Below the pieces are notes generated by a model. The model was not told where the DNA came from. It searched no databases and saw nothing but the letters and a program-made list of their open reading frames with translations. 64,000 bases of DNA, taken from positions 160,001 to 224,000 of IMG/VR virus record IMGVR_UViG_3300028603_000018; one strand, written 5' to 3'. This stretch comes from a virus. Its lineage: Duplodnaviria; Caudoviricetes. This document shows positions 1 to 10,352 of this stretch, one piece after another (position 1 is the first letter of the stretch; the number at the start of each line of letters is the position of its first letter). The position numbers and the translations under genes are program-made.

Positions 1-3000
1 TTAGTAGGAATAGAAGTAGAAGGAATTTGCTTACCGTTATCAGGAGTACCAAATACTAATCCTGCATTATAAAGTTGCTGATAAGTAATATTGTATCTAA
101 GCGGAGTTTTAGCGACAAAATGCTTCTTACCGTTGATGTTAAGTTCTAGCCAACTATTACCACCCATAGCCGTACCGGCAGTAAAATCTAACATATCGCT
201 AAAGTTAGTATAAGTAATAATAGCTTCATTTTCATCTCTGAAAACTTTCTCACCTACGAACTCTACATCATCAGCTACACGCTCTAATACAGCTCTCCAA
301 CCAAAGGTGTGATCTTTATTTTGAGCTGACGGAATCCAGTCTATAATAGTGTCTCTATAATACGTTCTACCCCTATTATTATCTCTAGAATAAACGTCTA
401 ATGCAAGATGATTACGTCCAGTTCCCACAAACCCAAGTTCTTCTGACGTATATTCTGCTATTTGAGGACCTAAATAGAGAGGACTGGTAGATTGGCTATT
501 AATGGGAAATAATGTACGTGCTAATTCAGAATAATAAATTTGAAGTTCACTAGAGTCATTAGTCGTTCCAGAAAGAATTTCAAGATTAGTACAACTCAAC
601 AACCTTACTTTATACTTCTTTCCTTGAAGAACAATTGTTCTTAACTGATTTACCTCAGCAACGACTGGTACAGTAGTGGGGAAACCAATGTCATCCTCAC
701 CAAAAACTAATCCGTTGTTATAAAGATCCAGAAGACTAATGTTTTCTTTAATAGCTATTTTAGAGATAAGAAGTTCTTTACCATCAATAGTAAAGCTTAA
801 CCATTTATCAATTTCTGGCTTAGTAGTCAACACACCTTCAACAACACCTAACTCATTAGAGAAATCTTCATAACTAATTAGATTAGATAATTCACCATTG
901 AATTCAACATTATCTTCACATTCTTCTAAAATAGGTCTCCAACCTCTAACGACACCAGTTTGGTTCCATCCTGTCCTGCTAACACTACTTGCATTAGCAT
1001 ACTCACCTCGCCCAATTCGATAATTATCGTCTTCGAAATGTTTTTCCATACACCAGTTAAAGCTAGGAAAAGTACCGTCAGAAGCACCAAACTCTAAATC
1101 TTCGTTAGTATAGTTAGCTTGATAAGGGCCTTGGAAGTAAACCGTTTCAAGACCATCATCAGGATTAGGATTTGGAATTAAGGGGTAGAATAACCTATTC
1201 CACTCACTAGCAATTGAACCAGCAGGTTCAAATCTAGCTCCAACCGCATACTTAAGAGTGATGTTATCAGCTTCTAATCCTCGAATTAATCTTACCTTAT
1301 ACTTCTTACCATTTATAGTAATTAAACGTAATTGGTAGGAAGGTCCAGTACTAGTAGGGAAAGCTCCTCCATCTACACGACCATAGACTAATCCGCGATC
1401 GTAGAGATGTCCCCAGGAAATATTTTTTCTAATAGGTACTTTAGGAACTAAACATTCCTTACCATTGAGTTTGAACTTCAGCCATTTATCGTAACCGGCA
1501 GAAGTATCATTTAAAGAACCTTGCGTAACGTTAAAATAGTTACAAATCTCGCTATAAGAGATGACTTCACTAGAATCGACTTCTCCTAAGAACTCAGCGT
1601 AGTCTAGAGGTTCTAAAATAGGTCTCCAAGCAGAATTCAAAGGCTGGTATTGTACATTAGTAAACCAATCTTTTAAATACCCATCATCACCTAATCCACC
1701 TCTGGTTAATTTTAATGATGTGTTAATTATTCCATTTTCTTGCATCCATATTTTTGCATTATTAGCTAAGTCCAGATCAGTAAAATCAAAGTTAGCAAAT
1801 TTAGGCTCTGTGTACGTATTTTCAGTTCTCCTATCATAGTTGATAATAGAAAAGAATCTATCAAATTCATTATCACTAGAGTTAGGTAGAGGTTGATTAG
1901 GATTAGTATTATCTTTAAATAATTTATGATCTTTATTCAATCCTTTCATCAGACGAATTTTGTAAGCAACACCGTCCAATGGAATAGCTTTTAACTGAGG
2001 ATATGGAATAAAATATGCTGAATCCCCGAAGTTATCTTGACCATAAACCAACCCCTTTTCATAAAGCGTAGGAAAAGAAGTTATTTTTATAGGAGATGCT
2101 TTGGGAATTAAGTAATCTTTACCGTTATCTAAGAAGTGATGGAACTCAATCTCTCCTTCAGGCTGGTATATAGCATGACCTAGATCAAAGTAGGTATTGA
2201 AATCTAAGTAAGAGAGATTATTAAACTTCTTAATACCTTTATAAATAACATCAAATTCTAGATCCGTTTCTTCTAAAGCAAGAATGTAACTTCTATTATC
2301 GGAAACCCCATAACCTGTATCTAAGTAGCTGATAGAGTGATTATTCCCAACACCAAGTCCTCTAACAATAATTTTATCATTACTAGAGTTAAATTCTTGA
2401 GTAAGAGAAGAATTGATTCTAATATCAGCTTCTTTCTCTCCAGTATAGGACTGTAAGTCAGGGTCATTCACTAAAGGAGCAAAAACTTTATTCCACTCAC
2501 TATTCTGAGTACCAACTACATCATATCCAGAAGCAAGGTTAGGATCATTTACTACTTGCCCAACATCTAAACCTTTTAATAAACGTATCTTATAAATTTT
2601 ATCACCAATAGCGATCAAGCGTAATTGGCGAGTAGGGTAAGTGATGCCTGTGAGTTCGTTAATAAGGTCGGGACCTGCGTTATCAGCACCAAAAATTAAC
2701 CCTTTATTATAAACAACAGCCCAGGAATTACTACGCCAGAAGTTTTTAGTAGTATAGATGATCTTATCATCTACATTAAACTTTAACCATTTGTCAATAT
2801 ATTCAGGGTCGTTGAGTGTAATAGTAGGACCAGTAGTTAGACGTTCAGTAAGCTCTTGGTAGCTGATAATATCATCATACTCCCCTAAGTATTCGGCGTA
2901 ACCCAAAGCTCCCCACAAAGCTCGTAAAGCCTTAGAAAAGGATTCCCTACCCACTCTACTTATTTGAGTGTGATCAAAAGTACGATTAAGAATCTCAGCA

Positions 3001-3095
3001 GGACTAGTGATGGTATCATCTTCTAGTACTTGTTTAAAATAGTTTAGTATTTCTACAACAGAATCGTTTTCAAGAGGTGGTTTAATAATAGCCAT
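1..3095 (-). CDS. Large repeat-containing putative virion/tail-fibre-associated protein (3' end outside window)
   Basis: ATG at 3095 (MAIIKPPLENDSVVEILNYF...), 13 nt after the upstream stop; absent from the ORF track, consistent with running off the window. Five ~220-aa repeats with W-x-x-F-x-x-x-GK...LY-x-x-GLV(F/Y)G...Y(K/R)VRL...SEWN...WRP(I/V)LE motifs. Confidence 0.75.
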   Translation of the reverse strand, partial: MAIIKPPLENDSVVEILNYFKQVLEDDTITSPAEILNRTFDHTQISRVGRESFSKALRALWGALGYAEYLGEYDDIISYQELTERLTTGPTITLNDPEYIDKWLKFNVDDKIIYTTKNFWRSNSWAVVYNKGLIFGADNAGPDLINELTGITYPTRQLRLIAIGDKIYKIRLLKGLDVGQVVNDPNLASGYDVVGTQNSEWNKVFAPLVNDPDLQSYTGEKEADIRINSSLTQEFNSSNDKIIVRGLGVGNNHSISYLDTGYGVSDNRSYILALEETDLEFDVIYKGIKKFNNLSYLDFNTYFDLGHAIYQPEGEIEFHHFLDNGKDYLIPKASPIKITSFPTLYEKGLVYGQDNFGDSAYFIPYPQLKAIPLDGVAYKIRLMKGLNKDHKLFKDNTNPNQPLPNSSDNEFDRFFSIINYDRRTENTYTEPKFANFDFTDLDLANNAKIWMQENGIINTSLKLTRGGLGDDGYLKDWFTNVQYQPLNSAWRPILEPLDYAEFLGEVDSSEVISYSEICNYFNVTQGSLNDTSAGYDKWLKFKLNGKECLVPKVPIRKNISWGHLYDRGLVYGRVDGGAFPTSTGPSYQLRLITINGKKYKVRLIRGLEADNITLKYAVGARFEPAGSIASEWNRLFYPLIPNPNPDDGLETVYFQGPYQANYTNEDLEFGASDGTFPSFNWCMEKHFEDDNYRIGRGEYANASSVSRTGWNQTGVVRGWRPILEECEDNVEFNGELSNLISYEDFSNELGVVEGVLTTKPEIDKWLSFTIDGKELLISKIAIKENISLLDLYNNGLVFGEDDIGFPTTVPVVAEVNQLRTIVLQGKKYKVRLLSCTNLEILSGTTNDSSELQIYYSELARTLFPINSQSTSPLYLGPQIAEYTSEELGFVGTGRNHLALDVYSRDNNRGRTYYRDTIIDWIPSAQNKDHTFGWRAVLERVADDVEFVGEKVFRDENEAIITYTNFSDMLDFTAGTAMGGNSWLELNINGKKHFVAKTPLRYNITYQQLYNAGLVFGTPDNGKQIPSTSIPT

Positions 3096-3108
3096 TATTT
3101 CTCTGCCT

Positions 3109-4200
3109 TTAATATCCTAATAGCCGTTTAAATCTATCATTAACCTTTACTGCCTGATCTCTAGGTAGCATATGGTTAAATACTTGATCATTGGTATAAA
3201 AACCAATATGTCGCTGTACAGAGTTAATAGCACTTCTATTCCAGTCTCCTTTTGTAACAAAGTTATTTTCTAATAATAACTCTAATACTTCTAACCTAGA
3301 AATAGCTAATGCCCAGTTAACCTGTCGAGATCGATAAAAAGAAGGTAAATAACTAAGATCTAAAGCTGTCTCCATTTTAGCCAAAGGTATTTGTTTTAAT
3401 ACCTGATTAAAATGGAGATGTCTAGTTAATATTACTTCTTTCATTTGTTGATAAATGACATCTACTCTCTTAGACCAATCAGTCCAATAGAAAGGATGTT
3501 TATAAGTTAGTTTTGTTTGATCTAAATTAAAGTATAATCGATAGAACCGATTAAATAAAGCGTAGTCTAAATGCGAAGCACAAATATTAGGTAAAACAAA
3601 TTTATGAATAAAAGCATGAGTAGGTAAACTACCTTCTCTATTTCTTTTCTCAAAAGCCCTGAATCCTCTATACTGCATAAGAAGTTTAGGTATGTTGATA
3701 GCAATAACAGCATAACCACTTCCACCATATACTTTTGTATTTAGTATAGGAATACTTAAATCACTAAAAGGATGACATAACACTTTAACTGCTGTTATAT
3801 CTCTCCAATTAGCTAAAGCTTTTCTGTAATCAAATGACTCATTCTGAGAAATAAGTATTTCATTGACTCCAGGACCATAGAACTGATTTCTAAAAATCTT
3901 TCCACGAGCTGCACTGGAAGTTAAACCTAAAGACTGGGAAACGCTTAAAGTATTTCTCTCTAACCAATTATAGTAATCCGTATCAGAAAGTTCACTACCT
4001 TCACCTAATGCATTAATAATAGATACTAGTACAGTTTCAATAGGTGCTGTAAAAGTATTCGTTCTGTAATAGTCTACGACATTATTTAAGTTATATAATA
4101 AGCCTGATCGAATTAGATTCCATTCAGGGTTAGTAATTATACCTAAATTTACAGAAGAGGGTAAGTTAAATAATTGATACATAGCTAGTATATATTCCAA
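3109..4200 (-). CDS. Conserved jumbo-phage core protein (phiKZ gp52-like by position)
   Basis: 363-aa ORF, divergent from and just upstream of the chimallin locus; assignment by synteny only. Confidence 0.55.
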   Translation of the reverse strand: MEYILAMYQLFNLPSSVNLGIITNPEWNLIRSGLLYNLNNVVDYYRTNTFTAPIETVLVSIINALGEGSELSDTDYYNWLERNTLSVSQSLGLTSSAARGKIFRNQFYGPGVNEILISQNESFDYRKALANWRDITAVKVLCHPFSDLSIPILNTKVYGGSGYAVIAINIPKLLMQYRGFRAFEKRNREGSLPTHAFIHKFVLPNICASHLDYALFNRFYRLYFNLDQTKLTYKHPFYWTDWSKRVDVIYQQMKEVILTRHLHFNQVLKQIPLAKMETALDLSYLPSFYRSRQVNWALAISRLEVLELLLENNFVTKGDWNRSAINSVQRHIGFYTNDQVFNHMLPRDQAVKVNDRFKRLLGY

Positions 4201-4232
4201 ATTGTCATATCATCAAAACTAAAGGACTAGTT

Positions 4233-4604
4233 ATGATATTAGAGCCAGTAAAAATAAAAACATGGTTCACTGTTTTTATTAAAACATCAGGATTACCGAT
4301 TACTGATGTTGATCTACGCTATCCGCATCTAGCTCCAGTGATCCTACCTATATTAAATGGTGATGAAGCAATTAAATTCATTGATGGCGTAACTAGATAT
4401 ACATTTGATGAAGACAGCTTCTTTGCTCAACCACAAGAATTAGATTTAATTATTGATAGAAACGTAACGAGGTTCTTAAAACAATCTCTAAAGCTATATA
4501 TCGTCAGTAATCAACAATTCCAATGGGAAGTTATCTCTTATACTAAAGAGATTAAAGAACCAGAAGAGAACTTTCCTTATAATTCTAGTATTATTTTAGA
4601 ATAA
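4233..4604 (+). CDS. Hypothetical protein
   Basis: 123-aa ORF with AAGGA SD, followed by a hairpin. Confidence 0.7.
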   Translation: MILEPVKIKTWFTVFIKTSGLPITDVDLRYPHLAPVILPILNGDEAIKFIDGVTRYTFDEDSFFAQPQELDLIIDRNVTRFLKQSLKLYIVSNQQFQWEVISYTKEIKEPEENFPYNSSIILE

Positions 4605-4605
4605 T

Positions 4606-4640
4606 AAATAATAGGAGTCTTAATAGACTCCTATTTATGC
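4606..4640. terminator. Hairpin of the GGCATAAATAGGAG...CTCCTATTTATGCC family
   Basis: ATAGGAGTCT-TAAT-AGACTCCTAT stem directly after a stop codon. Confidence 0.7.
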
Positions 4641-4818
4641 TGTAGAATAAAGTAAAATAAAAAAATATGACTTAACTACTAATACTATGTAAAAGTGGCG
4701 TAATAGTCACTACACTTTCTTAGTGTGAACTAAGAAAGGTATGGCCTTATACGCATATTCAGGAGTTTATTGTATTCTTCCCTCTTTACAAGTAGTGTGT
4801 TTTAAATTAATTTTGATG

Positions 4819-4829
4819 ACATATCACTA
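4819..4829 (+). promoter_or_regulatory. phiKZ-type early promoter motif (ACATATCACTA) upstream of chimallin
   Basis: Resembles the phiKZ early consensus TATATTAC; same motif recurs intergenically at 10031, 15031, 20229, 29306, 38783 and 39211. Confidence 0.6.
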
Positions 4830-4907
4830 TCTTGTACAGGGGAGATTGAACGCTTCAATGTACAATAAACTTACGTAAGTTTTAATATTAAACAAAGGAA
4901 ATAAAAA

Positions 4908-6815
4908 ATGAGTCAACAAGATTCTGTTCGCTGGGGTAATACGCCTGAGTCTAACCGGCCTTCTGCAGCAGGTCAGGAAACAAATGAGAAAGTTCTCGCT
5001 AGTGATCAACTCGGACAAGAGCGTTACAATCCAGACGAACTGGGTGTTGGTATCTTTGGCGCAGGAATGCAGATGTCGTTCAACTCTGGTTCGGAAATTC
5101 TCTTCCGTGCCAAAGAAGCACTCGATGCCCAGGTTAAGAAAGCCTCTGAGCAACTGCGTCGTGAAAATCAGATCAAACTAACCATTCTAGACCGTAGTGA
5201 GCATAAACGCCTTCCTTACAGCGCTCTGGTTCTTTCCCTGACCAATCCGCTGGTAGCTAAAGGTACATCGTTCTTCGTCTTCGTTATTGCTGGTGATCAA
5301 GGTGCGATCGTCCGTAATGAAATTCTACCTAATAACCAAGGTCAGTGCGAAACGCTTTCCTTACCTGCTGATGCACTGAACCAAGTCATCAAAGAAGCAG
5401 GAGAAATCCTACGTGGTTTGAATCCTGGTGTAACAGATCTCTTCTCGGCTTCGGGTATTGTTGTAACGAACGACACTTTCTCTTGGGATAGTGAAAAAGA
5501 CGTTTATCAACTCCTGGCCCGTGGTTATAACTCTTGCCTAGCTGTACTTTCTAGTAAAGGTCCTCGTTGGGATGATGTTAACTTGGCAAAGGTAATGGGT
5601 TCAGAACTGGAAGTTGTTCTGCAACGCACTCGTGGCCAAGCTCAACCGCGTGACGTACTGGGGCGTCCGAAGCGTCGTGATCTGGAAGTGTCTCTGCGCA
5701 CTCGTCAGGTTATGAGTCCTCAAACAGGTGATATCATCCATAAAGCAGAAACGATTGCTAGTCTGTCTGTTTATGGTGATCTGCTTTGGGGTCCGGAGAC
5801 GGTTCAAAAAGTAAACCAGTTTGGACAACCTGTTGTCGAGACCAAAACCTATAAGCAGCGCGTTATCATCACCCAGATGCGTAACCACCAAGCTTATACG
5901 TTGGGTTCGCAGCTAATGTCCTTTATCCCAGCCATTGCTCTGTTCCAGCCAAAAGCAACTCACCAAGCTTTTATCCCATCACCTGATTCTTCGATGGGTA
6001 AGTCTGATGACGTTGGTGTTCTGCAACTGGAGGCTAAGTACCATCAAGGCAATATGAGCGGTCAAGAAGCTGCTCAGCGTGTGGATGTCTTTAATAGCCC
6101 GCCTACCCTGATCAGTGACTACCTGGAGAAAATCCTCTCTGACAATATTGAAGTCGCACTTGATATTGAAGTCGGTGGTGAGGACTACCTGCATAATTCA
6201 GTACTGCTCAAAGCAGCACTGTCTGGTAGCGGTGCTTCGGGTAATAAAGACCACGATCGTGCATATACTAAACTCGTTGAAACCATGACGGTTCTAACTA
6301 ATGGTAAGTTTGCTGATTTCTGGCAAACTGGTGCACCTATTGCATTCGTAGATTCAGTTCGTGAAGTAGGTCATTTCACCAACGATGATGGTAACCTGGA
6401 AGATACTCGTCATGTGGATACTATTTCCACGATGAATAAGTTTATCGAAAACAATCCGGATTACTATCGTGTTTGGTCTGATGCTCAAGTAGCAACTAAC
6501 CGCACAATGCAAGCTCGTATGCGCGACATGCGTAACGTAACTGAGTACATGATCTCGCCTCCGACTTACACGACTCGTGTATTCCGTGTGATCCTGTCCG
6601 CAGCCTTCGTTAAAGCATATTTCGATTCCATCTCAGCTCTGGGTATTCGTCTTAACCTGGTTCTGCCTAATGAGACTCGTACTGAAGATCGTACGGGTTA
6701 TGTGAGTACTTCTAGCTCTATTCAAATGGGTGTGGGTGCAGGTATGCTCAATACCTTTGGTGGTAGCGTTGCTGGTACAATGTCACCTTCCAACTTCCAA
6801 CGTTGGTCTGCGTAA
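4908..6815 (+). CDS. chmA: Chimallin, major phage nuclear shell protein
   Basis: 635 aa (known chimallins are ~630 aa), codon usage typical of a highly expressed gene (CTG, CGT, GGT), immediately upstream of the nvRNAP beta' N-terminal gene as for phiKZ gp54/gp55; G/S-rich flexible C-terminal tail. Confidence 0.8.
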   Translation: MSQQDSVRWGNTPESNRPSAAGQETNEKVLASDQLGQERYNPDELGVGIFGAGMQMSFNSGSEILFRAKEALDAQVKKASEQLRRENQIKLTILDRSEHKRLPYSALVLSLTNPLVAKGTSFFVFVIAGDQGAIVRNEILPNNQGQCETLSLPADALNQVIKEAGEILRGLNPGVTDLFSASGIVVTNDTFSWDSEKDVYQLLARGYNSCLAVLSSKGPRWDDVNLAKVMGSELEVVLQRTRGQAQPRDVLGRPKRRDLEVSLRTRQVMSPQTGDIIHKAETIASLSVYGDLLWGPETVQKVNQFGQPVVETKTYKQRVIITQMRNHQAYTLGSQLMSFIPAIALFQPKATHQAFIPSPDSSMGKSDDVGVLQLEAKYHQGNMSGQEAAQRVDVFNSPPTLISDYLEKILSDNIEVALDIEVGGEDYLHNSVLLKAALSGSGASGNKDHDRAYTKLVETMTVLTNGKFADFWQTGAPIAFVDSVREVGHFTNDDGNLEDTRHVDTISTMNKFIENNPDYYRVWSDAQVATNRTMQARMRDMRNVTEYMISPPTYTTRVFRVILSAAFVKAYFDSISALGIRLNLVLPNETRTEDRTGYVSTSSSIQMGVGAGMLNTFGGSVAGTMSPSNFQRWSA

Positions 6816-6844
6816 CAAGTAGTTTGATTGCTTTAACTTAAGCA

Positions 6845-6886
6845 TTATAGAGGGAGGTGAACAACCTCCCTCTATCTGCCTTCTTT
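6845..6886 (+). terminator. Intrinsic terminator after chmA
   Basis: ATAGAGGGAGGT-GGAACA-ACCTCCCTCTAT stem followed by a T-rich tract. Confidence 0.7.
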
Positions 6887-6904
6887 TAAATTTTGAGGAA
6901 AAAG

Positions 6905-9294
6905 ATGGGTATTAGCTTAGTTCTTCAAAATCATGATGAGATTTATAGGGAGCAGTTACACGCTACACCTATTCTCATAGATTTTCAAAGACTCACCGAG
7001 CATGAATATTTTAGTAAAGCATTATCAAATAAGCATCGCAATGCCTTAGCTGAGATTAATAAGCCGCAGGAAATTAACTATTTCCGAGACTCCACAATTG
7101 AAGATAAGGATAAAATTAACCGAACTTTCTATACTCGATACGTATCTGAGAAAACAAATACAGTTATTGAAGATATTCCGAGTTGTCAGTGCGGTGAATT
7201 TAATACTTATAAAAACTTAGGTTGTGTATGTAATGAATGTGGTACGATAGTATCCAGTAACCGCAGTATGGATTTACATCCTTTAGTATGGATCGCAGCA
7301 CCAGAAGGCATCCCTGCTCTAATTAATCCTACAGCTTATCGAATCATTGCCGGTCGTTTCGAGATTAGTAAATTCGATGTTATTCGTTGGATTATGGATT
7401 ATAATTATACAGCACCAGGTAAAGAACCTATTGCTGTAGAGCAGTTAGAAAGAATGGAGATCCCAAGAGGAATCATTAATTTCTACCATCATTTCGACAC
7501 TATTATCGAAACCTTGTTCGGTATGCGTTCTTTAAGTAAAGGACCTAATACAGCAAAGTTAGACGAAGAACTTAGAACTTTTATCAAAAATAATAGGGAT
7601 AAGATTTTCTCTAAGCATATTCCAATGCCTAACAAAACTTTGCTAGTAGTAGAGAGTACTAACTTTGCTACGTATATGGACCCAAAGTTAAGTGGTATTA
7701 TTGACGCACTTTGGTTGATGGTAGGAATTGATAGTGAGCACTCTAATCTCACTTTAAAGCAAAAAGAAATGCGTGTGATTAAGGCATTAGCTCAAATTGC
7801 TGAATATCACACTGAGTCTGATAAGACTTCTTTAGCTCAAAAAGGCGGTATCTTCCGACGACATGTCTTTGGATTTAGAGCTTGGTTAAGTTTTAGGACA
7901 GTAATCTCCTCAATTACTGAACCACACAACTTAAGAGATATCTATATTCCATGGAGTACAGCAGTTACTTGTTTTCAGTATCACTTAATAAATAAGTTAA
8001 GTAAGAGGTTAAATCCAAATACTGGAAAACGCTTTACTCCCCATGAAATCGATCTGTTTATTGAAGGTCATGTCAACAAATGGCATCCTTTACTTAGAGA
8101 GATCTTTGATGAATTATTAGCTGAGACACCAAATGGACGAGGTATCCCCTGCTTAAAGAATAGGAACCCTAGTCTTTATCGCAACTCTATCCAAAAGGTG
8201 TATATAACTAAGATCAAAGATGATATCACTGATGTTACAACAAGTATTAGTATCTTAACTGTTCGTCCCCTCAATGCTAAAAAGATAAGATATTTATTAA
8301 TAGATATTTTGTTATTGGCCATTACACTAGTAATAGTGTACTTGAATCCTCTCTAACTGACTGGGAACTCCTACAACAATAGGACAATCAGCAGCGAAGC
8401 TTTGTCTTAATAATACTCAGACAAAGAACGTTCAACGATCAGAGAAACCAATAAATGTAACTCGTATTAAAAGACGAGAATAAGCTAGATATTATCTAGA
8501 CGAAGGGAGTATCGTAGCGCCAAGTGGTGGGTATAACCCTTAAAGACGAAACGGGAGGCTTCCTAACTAATAGGAAGAAGATATGATCTGAGCCTTACAG
8601 TAATGTAAGGAGGGTGTCTTAGCACACCTGCTTATGAGAGCGTGTTAAAACACAACGGCATAAGTGGACAATTCTGGATAAACGAAGCTTTTATAGCTAT
8701 ACAGTCCCTTTCTTTAGAAATAAAGAAATGGTAACTTTTTGAATTGCTGGGAACCCCTTAGAGCCTGACTCACGACAACGCAGTTGGAAACGACAAACGT
8801 GATCGTAAAAAAGAAGTCTGGATTGGGCAATCAGCCGGTAAGCTCCTAACCCTCACAATTATTGAGAGGTATGGGGAATCCTCAACGATCATCCGGTAGC
8901 GCGGAGTAGAACCCCAAGTGGGGAAGAAGCGGAAAGTACCTGACCAGGTAATGCTGAAGGTAGTGATATGATCTATGCTCCTATGGGAAAGCCATAGGCA
9001 GGTGCCTTAGCGTACCGGCTCTTTGAGAGCGTACTTAATGTACAACGGCTTAGAGCGGACATTAGGTTCGATGGTGACGAGCTTAACTTCTCTATTATTC
9101 CGGATCAGAGGTTAGCTGAAGGACTAGAGAGACTCTCTGTTATCTTTAGTGCTTTTGATCTGACTAATCCTCGGAGAGTGTCTGGTAGTGTAGCATTTCC
9201 TAAAACAGTACTTGCAACTATTGCTAACTACTTACACAGTAAAAAGGAAGTTATTCCAGCTATGCAGTCTAGAATGATCGAACTGTATAGTTGA
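6905..9294 (+). CDS. Non-virion RNA polymerase beta' N-terminal subunit (phiKZ gp55-56.1-like); three exons 6905-8278, 8677-8679, 9067-9294 (534 aa)
   Basis: Zn-finger CQCG...CNEC, KGGIFRRHVFG, RNPSL motifs; splicing rebuilds PLNA-D-FDGDELNF, the catalytic NADFDGD motif. Confidence 0.9.
8279..8676 (+). ncRNA. Group I intron 1 (ORF-less) in nvRNAP beta'
   Basis: Follows exon U (GCT), ends in G; core elements CTAACTGACTGGGAAC, AATCAGCAG, GTTCAACGATCAG, AAGATATGATCTG; P3 CCTCTC/GGGAGG, P7 GATCA/TGATC. Confidence 0.85.
8680..9066 (+). ncRNA. Group I intron 2 (ORF-less) in nvRNAP beta'
   Basis: Follows U of GAT, ends in G before TTC GAT GGT GAC; core elements GAATTGCTGGGAAC, AATCAGCCG, CTCAACGATCA, GATATGATCTA; 3' domain homologous to intron 1 (GAGAGCGT...ACAACGGC...GGACA). 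Confidence 0.85.
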
Positions 9295-9326
9295 TAGTTA
9301 ATTTAATAAAGGAAAAAGGTTATAAC

Positions 9327-9938
9327 ATGGTCCAGATTGTCATGGGATCAGATGTTGATTTCAGAGCGGCTGTATATGGACAACCTCATCCAGGGAGTTT
9401 AAACTTAATCAAGCAAACGAACGAAGCATTATCTAGTAGCTTTACTAATGCTCAAAGTAGTTTCTTAACTAAGGTAAAACAGTTATCAGAAGACTTCTCT
9501 GGTAACCACGTATTAAGTAAAATGAAGTCTGCACTAAATAAACTAGCACAGGCTTTCTTACCTGATATCATTCAGTATTATGATGATATCGATAAGATTC
9601 AACAAGCAGCATCTAAGATGCGGTATCTAATCATGAGTGAACCTACACTCCTGAAGAAATACCGTAATCAAGAGATTGCTGGCTATGATGAGCATTTTAC
9701 AGATATCTTCCCTGATCAAGTAGGTATTGATCACCCTGTTTATCAAGCTGTTAATAACGGTATCTTGGTGGAAGGTGATGAAGAGACTCCTGATACAGTG
9801 CAAATGTTCTTTACTGATGATGATAACACGATCACTGTAGAAGAACAGGTAGATATTAAATACACTCAAGCACTAGCCTTAGAAGAAGTCCTCTATGGTA
9901 AACGAGACCCTACCAGTCCTTGTGATCAACAGTTCTAA
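9327..9938 (+). CDS. Conserved hypothetical protein following nvRNAP beta' (possibly phiKZ gp59/Imp3-like)
   Basis: ATG at 9327 with AAAGG SD; identity by synteny only. Confidence 0.6.
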   Translation: MVQIVMGSDVDFRAAVYGQPHPGSLNLIKQTNEALSSSFTNAQSSFLTKVKQLSEDFSGNHVLSKMKSALNKLAQAFLPDIIQYYDDIDKIQQAASKMRYLIMSEPTLLKKYRNQEIAGYDEHFTDIFPDQVGIDHPVYQAVNNGILVEGDEETPDTVQMFFTDDDNTITVEEQVDIKYTQALALEEVLYGKRDPTSPCDQQF

Positions 9939-9948
9939 ATAGTAAGAC

Positions 9949-9998
9949 GGCATAATTGGGAGAGCTAACTGCTCTCCCGTTTTATGCCTTTCTTTTTT
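9949..9998 (+). terminator. GGCATAA...TTATGCC family hairpin
   Basis: GGCATAA-TTGGGAGAGC...GCTCTCCC-GTTTTATGCC followed by a T-tract. Confidence 0.7.
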
Positions 9999-10030
9999 CT
10001 ATTCTAATTGTAAACTAGAATAATACAATT

Positions 10031-10041
10031 ACATATAACTA
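10031..10041 (+). promoter_or_regulatory. Early promoter motif ACATATAACTA
   Basis: Matches the recurrent intergenic motif; followed by a leader hairpin GTCTATAGAGAAG...CTTCTCTATAGAC. Confidence 0.55.
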
Positions 10042-10136
10042 ATTTGTTAACGGTTTTATATGAAATCGTTAGGGAGTCTATAGAGAAGTAGCAGCTTCTC
10101 TATAGACATGTGACTAACCATCTTTAGGAGGTCAAC

Positions 10137-10229
10137 ATGACTGATAAGGATTATGAGGACGTTCTGCGTCTTCTAAAATATTTAAATGCCAAGATCGCTG
10201 CTATTGACGCAGCTGGTCCACAGGGCTAA
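10137..10229 (+). CDS. 30-aa early micro-protein MTDKDYEDVLRLLKYLNAKIAAIDAAGPQG
   Basis: Strong SD AGGAGGT just upstream of ATG; downstream hairpin GCCGAAGGGA...TCCCTTCGGT. Confidence 0.6.
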   Translation: MTDKDYEDVLRLLKYLNAKIAAIDAAGPQG

Positions 10230-10352
10230 TTAAATAAGCCGAAGGGATTAAAGTCCCTTCGGTAACAGTTAGTCGCATACAATAGAGAATTAACAATAAA
10301 TAAATATTAACATCCCATCTTTTTATCATCTTAAACACAAAGGACTTTTAAC

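Noticed and set aside
1-3095. Diversity-generating retroelement target
   Set aside because: No reverse transcriptase and no near-identical template repeat noticed in the window.
8279-8356. Hydrophobic C-terminal tail on the RNAP beta' ORF
   Set aside because: Read-through into intron 1; the true protein continues via splicing.
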